From the human T2T-CHM13v2.0 reference genome, Homo sapiens: DNA of 64,000 bases. The DNA lies in assembly GCF_009914755.1 (NCBI RefSeq), contig NC_060938.1, one strand, 5' to 3'. The position numbers and the translations under genes are program-made. The notes under the pieces were generated by a model. It worked only from the letters and a program-made list of their open reading frames with translations, did no database searches and had not been told where the DNA came from. This document shows, piece by piece, positions 1-15,940 of the stretch; the stretch's first letter is position 1; every line of letters begins with the position of its first letter.

Positions 1-249
1 TGACATTTGCATCCTGTTTTATATTCATCAGCATTCTTACACTTACGTTATGTTATCTGGCCTTCTCCATCGTATGAGTCTAATGGTGCAGATATTCTCC
101 ACCCCACATTCTCCAACCCTCAGAAAGCTGAGGTACTTTCTTATACAGCAAGTGGGTAGAAGCCAAGATCAGAACCTTACCCCCAACCCACCCCTTGATA
201 CCAGAAGAGCCTATTGACTCAGAACAAAACTCAGGCAAACCCCCCACCT

Positions 250-390
250 AGCTGAGCTTCCCCTCCTTCATCTGCAGGATGGAAAACAGGGTAATACCTG
301 CCCTGCCTATCCTGATACATCAGGCATAAATGGAAAAAAAAAAAAGGAAGTAGTATGTAAAAGCACTTTGGAAATGTTAAAATGCTATGC
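250..390. mobile_element. MIR fragment
   Basis: MIR core-like text (ccttcatctgcaggatgg...tatgtaaaagcacttt); boundaries approximate. Confidence 0.5.
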
Positions 391-1066
391 AAATTATAAG
401 GAACTGTTCTGATTATACTCTCAAGAAATGTCACAAATTTTCTCCAAAAGTGAATAATTGTCATTACTTTTCAACTTCATCCCCTTGAAAAGCCAGTTTC
501 TCCTCCTGTCATCTTTTATTTCTGGTTAAAGCAGAGATGTTATACTCAACATTCCAACTGGAATATCAAGATCAATCTTTAATTCCTCCTTCCAGCTTCA
601 CCCTTTCTGAAATCAAGAACAGGCAATTCTCTACTCCACCCACCATCTCATCCTCAGTTTCTCTTGCCATCTGCCCCCCTCTGAAGCTAGAAATCACCAG
701 CAACCATTTTCATTCCTCATCCCTCTGGTCTCTCCTCAGTCAGAGCCAACCTACATGATGCAAAAGCACCACTCCAATCACCTCTCTCAGAGGCTCACAG
801 CCCCGGGGGGACAGCGTCCAGGGGTCCTCCACGGGCTGCCCCAGTGAAGCTCTCCAGCTTGTCTCCCATGACTCACCAACCCAGGTAAGCCTAAATGGCC
901 CTGTTTCCCAAAACTCAACTCTCTTCCCACTTTTATGTCCCCACTATATCTGGAACTCCCTTTCCCACTATTTAATTAGCTATGGGGGTAGGAAGAATCA
1001 AACTAGACCCCCAGCTCTTACATCAACCTAAATATATTCCAAGTGAATCAAAGAATTGTGGTTAAT

Positions 1067-1391
1067 GGCTGGGCACGGTGGCTCACACCTGTAATCCCAG
1101 CACTTTAAGAGGCCAAGGCGGGTGGATCACCTGAGGTCAGAGGTTCGAGACCAGCCTGGCTGGGTAACATGGCAAAACCCCGTCTCAACTAAAAAATAAT
1201 AATAATAATACAAAAATTAGCCAGGCATGGTGGCGCAAGCCGGTAGTCCCAGCTACTTAGGAGGCCAAGGCAGGAGAATTGCTTGAACCCACCCAGCAGA
1301 TGGATGTTTCAGTGAGCCAAGATTGCACCATTGCACTCCAGCCTGGGCAACAGAGCAAGACACCACCTCACAACAAAAACCACACACACAC
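1067..1391 (+). mobile_element. AluS
   Basis: Dimeric Alu with CA-degenerated tail; TSD aaagaattg(t/a)ggttaa. Confidence 0.95.
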
Positions 1392-1661
1392 AAAGAATTG
1401 AGGTTAAAAAAAATCCAGATTATATAGATGAATATCTATCTGATAGCTGAATGGGGCTGGAATTTCTAGGCTACATAGCAATGGAGTAAATCAGAGGAGA
1501 ATAAAATGAATAATAGTTAACATTTACCTATTTTCACTTCTTTTAACTGGATATCCATATTTTAAAAGTAAACATACCCTTTACTTCATGTTGTACACAA
1601 AAAATAACAAAATGGATCACAGAATGAAAGAAATGCTAAAATTAGAAAAATTCCAGAAGAA

Positions 1662-1945
1662 GGCCAAGCACGGTGGCCTGTAATCCCAGCACTTTGGGAG
1701 GCCAAGGTGGGCAGATCACTTGAGGTCACGGGTTTGAAACCAGCCTGGCCAACATGGTGAAACCCCTATTAAAAATACAAAAATTAGCTGGGCATGGTGG
1801 TACACACATGTAATCCCAGCTATTCAAATGGCTGAGGCACAAGAATCCCTTGAACCCAGGAGTCAGAAGTTGCAGTGAGCAGTGATCGAGCCACTGCACT
1901 CCAGCTTGGGCAACAGAGCGAGACTCTGCCTCAAAAAAAAAAACA
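1662..1945 (+). mobile_element. AluS
   Basis: Dimeric Alu; TSD aaa(a/c)ttccagaagaa. Confidence 0.95.
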
Positions 1946-2076
1946 AACTTCCAGAAGAAAACATGGGGAAAATCTTCATAACCTTGGTGTAGGCAAAGAT
2001 TCTTAGGACACAGAAAATAAGAATCACAAAAGGGAAAAATAACCTGGACTTCAAAATTAAAAATTTCTGCTCTTCA

Positions 2077-2390
<314 letters not shown>

Positions 2391-3345
2391 AAAGACATTG
2401 TTTAAGATAGGAGATATGGTTGTACAACAATGGGAGTATAATTCACACCACTAAATACTCAACATGATTCCAATGGCATCTTTTATGTTACGTATATTTT
2501 ACTACAATTTTTTTAAAAGATGTTGTTAAGAGGATGAATAGACAAGCCACAGATTGGGAGAAATGATTCATAGTACATATATGTACATAGTATAGTCATA
2601 CAGTATATAGATACATGTATACACAGTACATATATAGCACATACATGTACATACATACATATATGACAAAGGATCTATATCCAGAATATATAAAGAACTC
2701 TAGCAATTTAGTAATAAGGCAAACAACACAACAAAAGATTTGAACAGACCCTGCACAAAAGAAGATAGCCAATAAGCACGTGAAAATATGCTCAGCATCA
2801 TCAGTCATTAGGGAAATGCCCACTAAAACTACAGTAAGCTACCGTTCACACCCATTAAAATGGCTAAAATTCAAAAGACTGGTAATGTCACCTGCTGGTG
2901 AGAATATATAGCAACCAAAAGCACAGCCACTGCTGACGGGAATATGCAATGGTGCAACCACTTTAGAAAATAGTATGGTAGCTGCTTATTCTAAAAACAT
3001 GCATTTACCATATGATTGAGAAGTTTCACTACTAAGTATTTATCCAAAAGAAATGGGGGAAAATGGTATGTCAAAAAAGAGACATACACAGATGCTCGTG
3101 GCAACTTTATTCATAATAGCCAAAAACTGGAAACAACCCAAATGTCCATCAACTGGTGAATGATTACAATATTTTGGAAAATTCATATGATGAAAAACTC
3201 AGCAAAAAAAAAGATGTTACTGCATTGGTATCAGGACTGAAAAAAATAAAAATAAAAATTAGCTGCTAATGTACACAACAATGTGGATAAGACTTTTTTT
3301 TTAAAAGGCCGAGTGAAATAAGCTAGATTCAAAAGAGTAGATAGT

Positions 3346-3697
<352 letters not shown>

Positions 3698-4337
3698 CTA
3701 CAGTTACAGAGAGGGGGTGAGTACAAAGAGGCACTAAGGAACTTTTGGGGATAATAATAATATTCTATTGTGGTTACATGGGTATACACATTTGTTAAAA
3801 TTCATAGAACTATATACTTTGAATGAGTACATTTTATTGAATGTAAATTATACCATAGTTTTAAAAGAACTTTTTAAAAGTCAAGATGCAAACTGGGGAA
3901 AATATTTGCCACATGTATGACAAATTAATATTCTTAATATACAAAATGTCATGCAAATTGATATAAAAAGCATTAAGACCTCAACAGGCAAATGGCCAAA
4001 AGACACAGAAAAGCCACAAAAGAGGAAATAAGAATATCTAATAAACAGGTTAAAATTAAAGCAATGAAATACTGTATTTCACAAACCAAATGAGCAAATT
4101 TCACCTATCAAATGAGTTTTTTTGTTTTTGTTTTTTGCTTTGATGATAATTTTTGTTTTGTTTTTACTTTAATGATAATACTAGTATTGTAGGACAAGAT
4201 GAGCACTCTTCTGGTAAAAATATAAATTGATACATTTCTAGAACACAATTTGGAACACTATTATATAAGCTTTAGCAGGAACATTAAAGTTAAGACCCAA
4301 AACCTTAACAATTTTCAGATTATTTGACCCACTTCTA

Positions 4338-5130
<793 letters not shown>

Positions 5131-5415
5131 AGAATTTTTATTACTGACCTTGTTTCTAGCAAGAAACAATCTAGGATAAGCCACTAGGTTGAGTAAACGC
5201 TGGCATCAATATGATGAACTATCGAATATTGTCCATGGTACAAACTTAATAAATATTTCTCAAATATACTCAACGTATACACTATATAAGAACCTTAGAA
5301 AGGAGTGAGATGTGTAGATGACTTACACTTATGGGTAGAGAAACACATAAACAAATTGTTTCATTGCAGCAAATATTGGAAATCATCTAAATGTTCATCA
5401 AGAGAGGTGAAATTA

Positions 5416-5707
5416 GGCCGAGTGTACTTGCTCATGCCTGTAATCCCAGAGCTTTGGGAGACCAAGGCAGGAGGACTGCTTGAGGCCAGGAGTTCAAGAC
5501 TAGACTGAGTAACATGGCGAGAGCTCATCTCCACTAAATTTTTTTTTTTAATTAGCCAGGCACTGTCGTGTGTACCTGTAGTCCTAGCTACTCAGAAGGC
5601 TAAAGTCAGAGGATCACTTGAGCCCAGGAGTTCAAGGCTGCAGTAAGCTATGACACGCCACTGCACTCCAGCCTGGGTGACAGAGTGAGATCTTGTATTG
5701 AAAAAAA
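5416..5707 (+). mobile_element. AluJ
   Basis: TSD aagagaggtgaaatta. Confidence 0.95.
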
Positions 5708-5787
5708 GAGGTGAAATTAAATAAATCATGGTATGTCCACACAATGAAATGCTATGCATCTGTTAAAAACAGGCCAGATCTAATCTA

Positions 5788-6095
<308 letters not shown>

Positions 6096-6416
6096 AATCT
6101 ATGTCCTAGATTGTTAAAAAATTTTTAAAGGTGCAGAACAGGGCACTTGGAATGCTACTATTTGAAGGGAGAAAAAAATAAAAGGACACATAAATATTTA
6201 TGTTTATATAACATCACCAGAAAGATACAGAAGAAAAAACAAAACAGGTAAGTCTATACTGAAAGACTAGGGTCTGAGGATGTGAAAACAGGGGTGACAG
6301 AGACTTAGATTTACTTTTTGCTCTCAATTACTTTCTGTAGTGTTTAAATTTTTTACCATATACAGGTTTTTCTTTTTCAAAAAAACACCACCAAAAACAA
6401 AAACACAGATTTTTTT

Positions 6417-6515
6417 TTAGAAGGAAGGGGAGTGTTATGGATTGAGTTTCTTAGAAGGAAGGAGAGTATTATGAGTTGAGTTTTTTAGAAGGAAAGAGAG
6501 TGTTATACGTTGCAT
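6417..6515 (+). repeat. Diverged tandem triplication of a 34-bp unit
   Basis: ttagaaggaaggggagtgttatggattgagtttc-like units start at 6417, 6451 and 6485. Confidence 0.9.
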
Positions 6516-6552
6516 TATATCCCCTTTATATGTTGAAGTCCTAACCCCCCTA

Positions 6553-6635
6553 CAGGTTGAACATCCCAAATTCACAAATCTGAAATGCAAAATCCTCCAA
6601 AATCCAAAACTTTTTGAGCATCAACATGACTCATG
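6553..6635. mobile_element. Tigger4/MER46-like DNA transposon end
   Basis: caggttgaacatccc...aaaatccaaaactttttgagc resembles a Tigger4 terminus. Confidence 0.6.
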
Positions 6636-8233
6636 AAGATCTCACCCAATTTCCCAGAAGCCCTCGCTCCCATCGGACTAGAATCTTCTTTTGAGAGGCC
6701 TTTCCTTTTCTCATCCCTATTGCAACCAGTACAAAAAGCAAAACAGAAAGACACTAAAGCAAAACCAAAGTTTTAGTCACAAAAACCAAATGGGTTGGCG
6801 AGGGAAGGTGGTGGTTACAGGGAAGGTTTTAAGCTCACCAGGCCCTGTAGCTGAGGTTTCAAAATGGCAGCTAGCTGGACGCCATCTGGTCTAAATCTGC
6901 TCACCCAAACCTCCCTCCAGTTCTCCAAGGGATGTCCCTAATTACTAGCACAGCCAGCTGCCAACATGGAATCTAGGTCTCCCTTCTTTCAAATATTAGA
7001 GATGTGAGACCAGAAAGATTACTTCCCAATACCAGAGAAAAGGCTACGAGGGAGGAACAAGGGAGAGAAGGAGACCTTCACTGCAGCATGCAAGGACATG
7101 GCGGACGCGTCCCATCCCATATCTCAGCTATTATGCATTCCCAACTGGCTTGGCCAACATCCAGAGAGACTCCAGGCTGGTGAGTCTGTGAATGTGAAGT
7201 AGAGATAAGCAAGGCGGCGAGGGGGAGCTCGCCCACTGTTATATACGGGCTGCAGCATTGCGTGGCGAGGAGTCAGGGGAATCTTCCATTTCCAAGACAT
7301 TTCTGCACTCGATCCTGCTCCCCAAGACTAAGAATTCTTTCTTGGCTTCCTCCCACTCCCTGGAATGTAACTAAGCAGTTACCTTGAGAACAAGGAAAAA
7401 TTGGGGGCTAGGGAGGTGTATGAGTGTTTTAATGTGTTAAAAATCACATTTACCCTGGATACTTGTTTGCAATAAAACAGAGAGTAGGAAACTCCATTCT
7501 TACCTTCATCTATGGGACAGGCACCCAGTGGCAATCATTGTGAGAAATAGGGAGAGGCTGATCTATGCTTAGGGAGCTCAGAAAATGCTATGCTTCCTTC
7601 CAGCTGTAGGGAAGCTGAGCCACTGGGGAAGAGTGGATGCATTTGGACAAACAGGAATGGATGGAAGGCTTTCTAGGAGAGGGGACCACATGAGCAAAGC
7701 CTGAAGAAGGGGTGGTTCTTATCTAGCAATGAGGAAGTGTGAGGAGAGGCAAAGAAATATCTTCTAGAAGCTGAGGGATCAGGCACTGGAAGCTTATCTA
7801 CCTTCTCCAACTCCAGGGTACCACCAAGGAGAGCAAAATCCAGAAACAAGGGGCACCTGCAAAGTGGTGGAGGAAAGAGGAGGAAAGGAATGTCTGCCCC
7901 GAGCCCAGCCCCAGGGTCAGATGCCGGGAAAAATTCCTGGGATTATTTGGTGCTGTATGAGATGGATCTGGAGCCACCCTGGCTCCAAGAGGGATGTGGG
8001 TTTGGACTGGGGCTTCCAGGACTGGTCTGGGGCAAGCTAAGGACACTTTCACGTGTCCACACTTTTGTACTTGCTGTTCACCAGTATCTCCTTTCCCCCC
8101 TTCTCCTCCCTGTTCATGGAAATCCTTAAAAATCATCTCCTCTGGGAAGTTCTCCTGATGCTCTCATTCAGAATTAACCCACCATTCTTTATGTCGCTTC
8201 AACAAGTTGCTTGTATCTCTTTTTCCATTTACG

Positions 8234-8564
8234 TTTTCTTTTTCTTTTTTTTTTTTTGTTTGTTTGTTTGTTTGTTTTGAGACAGAGTCTCACTCTATCG
8301 CCCAGGCTGGAGTGTAATAGCGCCATCTTGGCTCACTGCAACCTCTGCCTCCCGGGTTCAGTTCAAGCCCTGCTCCTCCTCAGTCTCCCAAGTGGCTGGG
8401 ATTACAGGCACCTGCCATCACCCCTGGCTAATTTTTGTATTTTTAGTAGAGATGGGGTTTCACCATGTTGGCCAGGCTGGTCTCGAACTCCCGAGCTCAG
8501 GTGATCCGCCTACTTCAGCCTCCCAAAGTGCTGGGATTACAGGCGTGAGCTACCACGACCAGCC
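8234..8564 (-). mobile_element. AluS
   Basis: T-rich tail then reverse Alu; TSD tacg(t/c)tt. Confidence 0.95.
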
Positions 8565-8582
8565 TACGCTTTCCTATATGCC

Positions 8583-8880
8583 TTTTTTTTTATTTTTTGA
8601 GATGGAGTCTCACTCTGTTGCCCAGGTTGGAGTGCAGTGGCTCAATCTTGGCTCACTGAAACCTCCACCTCCCGGATTCAAGCGATTCTCTTGCCTCAAC
8701 CTCCCAAGTAGCTGAGACTACAGGCGCATGCCACCATGCCCAACTAATTTTTGTATTTTTAGTAAAGATGGGGTTTCACCATGTCGGCCAGGCTGGTCTT
8801 GAAGTCCTGACCTTAGGTGATCCACCTGTCTCAGCCTCCCAAAGTTCTGGGATTACAGGCATGGGCCACCGTGCCCAGCC
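8583..8880 (-). mobile_element. AluS
   Basis: TSD tatgcctt. Confidence 0.95.
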
Positions 8881-10438
8881 TATGCCTTGTCTTATAATTA
8901 GTCTCCCTCTCTTCTAAATGTAAACTCTCAGATGTCAAGAACTAGATCTTATACATCTTTCTGACCCCATCCCCCAGCACCAGCTCTTCCCCAGAGCAGA
9001 CACTCAGTAAATACTTATTGAATTGAATATACAGACCCACAAGGAGCAACCTGGTACTGGCGGACATTTTTGATTCCTGCATCCATTCATTCATTTGCTC
9101 AACAACCATGTGAGTGCCTAATACCTGCCAACCTGGCTCACACTCTCTCACAGAGCACACTCAAATTGTTTCATCAACCAGCTAAAAGTAAGTTCAGTAT
9201 CAATTCAGGGCTTCTTTTCAGTTCTAGAACATAGAAAATTTCACAGGATCACCTGAACACCGCAGGGCGGGTGCAGCCTACATCCCATTGCCTGTTTCTG
9301 TCCAGATGGAAAGTCACACCCTCAAGAAGGCCCCTGGGGAAGACAGATTGTCTGGGATGTGGATGAGGGCCCCCACAGGCTCTGCCCAGCCCAGCCCAGC
9401 CCACCCAGGGGAACCCTAGATACACCTATCACAGGAGATGGCAGTTAAGATAACTCTATCTACATACACAGTACCCTGTGGATACTAAGTAAGGAGCTGG
9501 TCATTTGGAATGAGGCAGGAGAGCTCTAGGAAGTCCTCTCTGCAGAGTAGATGTGGCCATGGAGGTGGGAGGATTAACTGAAGGTCATAAGAAAAGTCTG
9601 CCCTTCTCAGAGATCAATAAGTGCAAATTACTTGAGAGTCCAGGAACTGCTCTGCCATGGAGGAAAAATACAGATGGGGGCAGGGGCGGGAAAGGAAGGG
9701 GGCAGGTTAGGGACAGTCATTGATCTCGGCGGGCTCTTCCAAGTCTAAAATTGTAGGATTCTAACCTGAACCTCCCCTGCCAACAACTTGAAAGAGTTGT
9801 CTTGAGATCAGGGACATGTGGAGAGAAAGTTGAATAGCATGTCAGATAATAAACCAAGAAGAAATTGTGAAGTCAAAACAAGGGATAAATTTTCCTTATC
9901 TCTCTAAGACATGCATCAAAGCAGCTGACTGCTGTCTGCCTGGCCTGGGAAGATGATAATGGTTTTTAATGGCCCGTAAACAATAGGACCAGCCTTTGTA
10001 ATAAAGTTTAACCAATTAATCCTCTAGGCTTCCTCCCTGCACTCTGCCTACTCTCCGCTCCTCCTTTCTGTGATGGGGCAACCTTCAGGGGTCTGAAAAG
10101 CAAGGGATCCAGCCCCTAGACGCAAACCTATAGGTGACAATAAGAGTTGCCCAGAGGAAGTGCTAAAGAAAATTGCCTCTATCCTGATCTGGCTAAAAGG
10201 AGGAAGAAGCCCTCTTTTCAGCGAAAAGGAGAGGAGAGATGATGCATCAAGGAATTTGCACAAGAGGTAAACTTCATTCTTATTCAGGAGCTCATTCATT
10301 CATTCAGCAAACATTCATGAACACCTACTATGTGCAAGGCATCTGCAGAGGGTGCAAAAATATACAAAGAAAATACCTGCCCAAGATGGAATTAAAGCCT
10401 GGAGGGGGTGGTACTGGGAACAAGACACATTCACAGAT

Positions 10439-10764
<326 letters not shown>

Positions 10765-11166
10765 TTAGTACAATAGCCTCTGCAAACCACTGTATAAGTC
10801 CAGGCTTCTTTTTCCATTTCTTCTTTCATGTGCCATGTTCCGCTTGGGGTGGTTACGACAGACAATATTCAGAAAATGGAAGAATCAGAAAGAGAAGAAA
10901 GTGGAACACACAAGAGAAAGAAAACCAAGGCCCTCCTCCCTCCTGCCATGGCCCTCTCTGTCTTCAGCCCTAGTTCTGGAAAAGAAAAGGGTGTGTTGTC
11001 ACTAGAGGCCTCCAGGCAGGTCCATGCCACTGAGTCACATTTCAAGCTGTGTTTGCTTCCTACACCAACAAGGCATATCTTTTCTGAATTGTGCAATATT
11101 CTGGCCACCTGGGTTTTTCTACTTGGTATACCAACTCCTAGTACTCAACAACCATTCCCTTTACTC

Positions 11167-11455
11167 TTTTTTTTTTTTTTTTTTTTTTTTTTTGAGACAG
11201 AGTCTCACTCTGCACAATCTCGGCTCACTGCAACCTCCGCCTCCCAAGTTCAAGCGATTCTCCCTGTCTCAGCCTCCCAAGTAGCTGGGACTACAGGTGC
11301 CCACCGCCATGCCCAGCTAATTTCTTTTTTACTTTTAGTAGAGACAGGGCTTCTCCATGTTGGCCAGGCTGGTCTCAAACTCCTGACCTCAGGTGATCTG
11401 CCTGCCTCAGCCTCCCAAAGTGCTGGGATTACAGGTGTGAGCCACTGCGCCTGGC
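11167..11455 (-). mobile_element. AluS with small internal deletion
   Basis: TSD ccctttactctt. Confidence 0.9.
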
Positions 11456-11482
11456 CCCCCTTTACTCTTAAATACAGTGTGT

Positions 11483-11640
11483 GCCAGCTGTAGTAGTTTA
11501 TGCCTGTACTCCGAGCATCTCAGGAGGCTGAGGCAGGAGGATCACTTGAGCCCAAGAGCTTTAGGCTGTAGTAAGCCAAGGTCACACCACTGCATTCTAG
11601 CCTGGGCAACAGAGCAAGACCCTGACTCTTAAAAAAAAAT
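11483..11640 (+). mobile_element. Free right Alu monomer (FRAM-like)
   Basis: Right-arm sequence only; TSD aaataca(g/a)tgtgt. Confidence 0.8.
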
Positions 11641-11859
11641 ACAATGTGTAATGGTGATATAATAATTCAAAGGTTAATCATCTCTACTTTTGAAAACAAT
11701 AATGAATACCTTGCTTTGCATTTGTTTAGCCTCACATTTTTTTCAGAGTTCTTCAAAAAATATTATCTCATGTTCATGCTACAAGCAACCTTGGATGGTA
11801 ACAAAGGTTAAACATCATTATTTCCACTTTAAATTTTCCCTCCTTTCTCCATTTGTTTT

Positions 11860-12650
<791 letters not shown>

Positions 12651-13068
12651 ATAATAGAAACAGCCTTCTCACTTGGGCTTGAGGGGCCCTCGTCCAATAT
12701 AGGAGACCAGTAAGAAAGCCTTGCCCAAGGTCACCTCAAGTTACTTGATGGCTAACTCGAATCAAGAAGCTCAAGTTCCTTCTGGTAGAAACCTCTTAGT
12801 CTGCCTCATTCACATTGATCAGCAAATAAATTTAACCATCATCTGCCAGGCTTTCCTTGTTTTCCACTTTATACATGTGCACTTTTTGTCCTATGGAGAT
12901 TATTAAGATCATTAGGGCAAAATTCCTTTTGACCTCCCATAAGGCCTCTCACAGTACAAGACAATATGTGGTCAATAAATATTTGTTATTAAATCAAACT
13001 CCAGGAGCCCCAAGAACCCATCACCAGGCATTGCCTTACTTACAACATGAGATATTTGCCTTCTTTAA

Positions 13069-13375
<307 letters not shown>

Positions 13376-13444
13376 AACAGTATTTTTTATTTAATTCCTA
13401 GATAAAGTAATTCCTAGATGCTTGAATTTCACAATCCAAGATAA

Positions 13445-13737
13445 TTTTTTTTTGAGACAGAGTCTCGCTCTGTCACCCAGGCTGGAGTGCAGTGGCGTGA
13501 TCTCTGCTCATTGCAACCTCACCTCCCAGGTTCAAGTGATTCTCCTGCCTCAGCCTCCCAAGTAGCTGGGATTACAGGCGCCTGCTACCACACCCAGCTA
13601 ACTTTTTTGTATTTTTTAGTAGAGACGGGGTTTCACCATGTTGACCAGGCTGGTTTCAAACTCCTGATCTCAAGTGATCCGCCCACCTCGGCTTCCCAAA
13701 GTGTTAGGATTACAGGCGTGAGCCACCATGCCCAGCC
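13445..13737 (-). mobile_element. AluS
   Basis: TSD aca(a/g)tccaagata. Confidence 0.95.
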
Positions 13738-14119
13738 ACAGTCCAAGATATTTCTAACAACAACAACAAAATTGGAGCGTTCAATGTGGTCTTGCCAACT
13801 TTTGTTTTAACACCATTGTTTCTTAAAAGAAAGAACATTGAATACATATCCCCAAAGTCAGGATAATATAATTTTAAGATGAATTTTCCAAATTAAATCA
13901 GAGTTCCTCAACCTCAGACCAATTAACACTGGACTGAAGAATTCTTTGCTATGGCAGTGGAGGGGAAGGAGAAGGGGGAGCTGTGGGCAAAATTGCACCA
14001 GTTCAGAACCACTGAATTTTTTAAAGTACGCTTTCTTAAAAATCCAGTTACACTGTCCTTATATTTTGGATCAGTGAAAACTATCACAGACTGCCACCAG
14101 TCCATAAACAGCTTTTGGG

Positions 14120-14350
14120 AACAAGAGACTCAGAGGTGAAGAATGTGGAATTTGAAATCAGACTTGAACTCAAATCCCAGTTCCACCTCTCCTCATTCCC
14201 TGACCTTGAGCAAGGCACTGTTCCAAGCCTCCCTTTCCTCCCCTGCACAGCGAGGACAATACCACCCCATCCCAGTTGTGGGGAGGATTCAATGGAATAG
14301 ATGTGACGCACTTAGCATGTGACCATCGGGAACGGAAGTATGACATTATT
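14120..14350. mobile_element. MIR
   Basis: tttgaaatcagacttgaactcaaatcccagttccacc...tgaccttgagcaag. Confidence 0.7.
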
Positions 14351-15627
14351 AACATTATTTCTACCACTTCTATAACATATGTGGTATCTAATACAAATTA
14401 ATGACTGCTACCCAAATTTCAGACTTTCTGGGTCAAAAGGACCTTACACATAATATAGTGGACTTTCAATAAACACTTACCAAATGGACAAATGAACCCC
14501 TTGTCACCCCGATCTCACTAGTTCCTTCCCTGAAACCCGACACATCTGAGTCCTTTTCTCCTTTACTAACCCTTTCTCCAATCCTGCTCATGGGAATTAA
14601 AGCTGTAAAATAAGCCTGGCGCACCTCGGGCCTCTGCCCTGGGCTCTGTGGGTGGGAGCACTGTGGAAGCCGTATCAATCGCCCCCACCTATGAGAGCCT
14701 TTCTTCAGGGCCAGCCATGAACGTCCCCCATGTCATCAGCATCTTCAGGCTACTGCTGTCCTTCTTGGATATTTAACCTGGAGGCGGGCCAGGGACAGAA
14801 AAAGGAGGTGGCAAGATCCTTGAACAAAAGGAGCTATAAAAGGGCGTTGGGGGAAGCAAGGCAAACGGCAGATTAAACAAGCAGGCACCTCAAGGAAACG
14901 TGACGCGGGAGGGGATTCCGAGCCTCTCTGTCTGCTTACTTGACAGCAAGCAGGTCAGAGTTCCTGCCATTTCCTTCTAGTAGAAACCCCACCAAGACCA
15001 CCTCCCCGCCTTGGCAGGCAAAGCACTGGTAGCTCTCCCAAGGGAAAAAAAAAACAAAAAACACACACTCCTTGTTACAAACCAGACACAGTCCTGGACA
15101 GAGCCCAGCTAACAATAAATTTCTGGGGTTCATCTCACAAGTACATTAAGTATCTTCTGACAATCTCCCAAAGGGCTGGGTTTTTCTGGCCATCACAGGG
15201 CTGTAGAATATTGAGTACAAGGAGAGGGCTTCAAGAACAGGGGATCCAAGCCCTCGTTTCATTGATGGGGAAACTGAGGCTCAGAGAGGGGGAAGGAACT
15301 TGTTCAGGATCATCCAAGTATGCTCCCGTCAGTAGCAGCACTGAGCCAAGAACTCAAGGCTTCAGTTTTGGCACTGGGTTTTGCCAGAGGCTTGAAAACA
15401 TACCAAGAAGTGGAAGGTGTACTATGAGCTAAATCTCACTTTTCCTGAAAATATAGATGTGTGCTCACACAGGCACACATGTGCATAAAAGGTAGGGAAA
15501 GAGGAAAACAAATGTAGCAAAATGCTAGTAAATGGTGAATCTAAGCAAAGGGGATATTGGTGTTCATTGCTCTATTTTCACAACTTTTCAGAAGGCTTGC
15601 CATTTTTCCAAGAAAAATCTGAGGAAG

Positions 15628-15940
<313 letters not shown>

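Noticed and set aside
7361-7380. tggaatgtaa resembling the miR-1/206 5' end
   Set aside because: The match stops after 10 nt and I see no precursor hairpin
10828-11493. 221-aa ORF and the many 60-150 aa ORFs with [10 protein letters not shown] or LECSG motifs
   Set aside because: Read-through of antisense Alu sequence and poly-T tails
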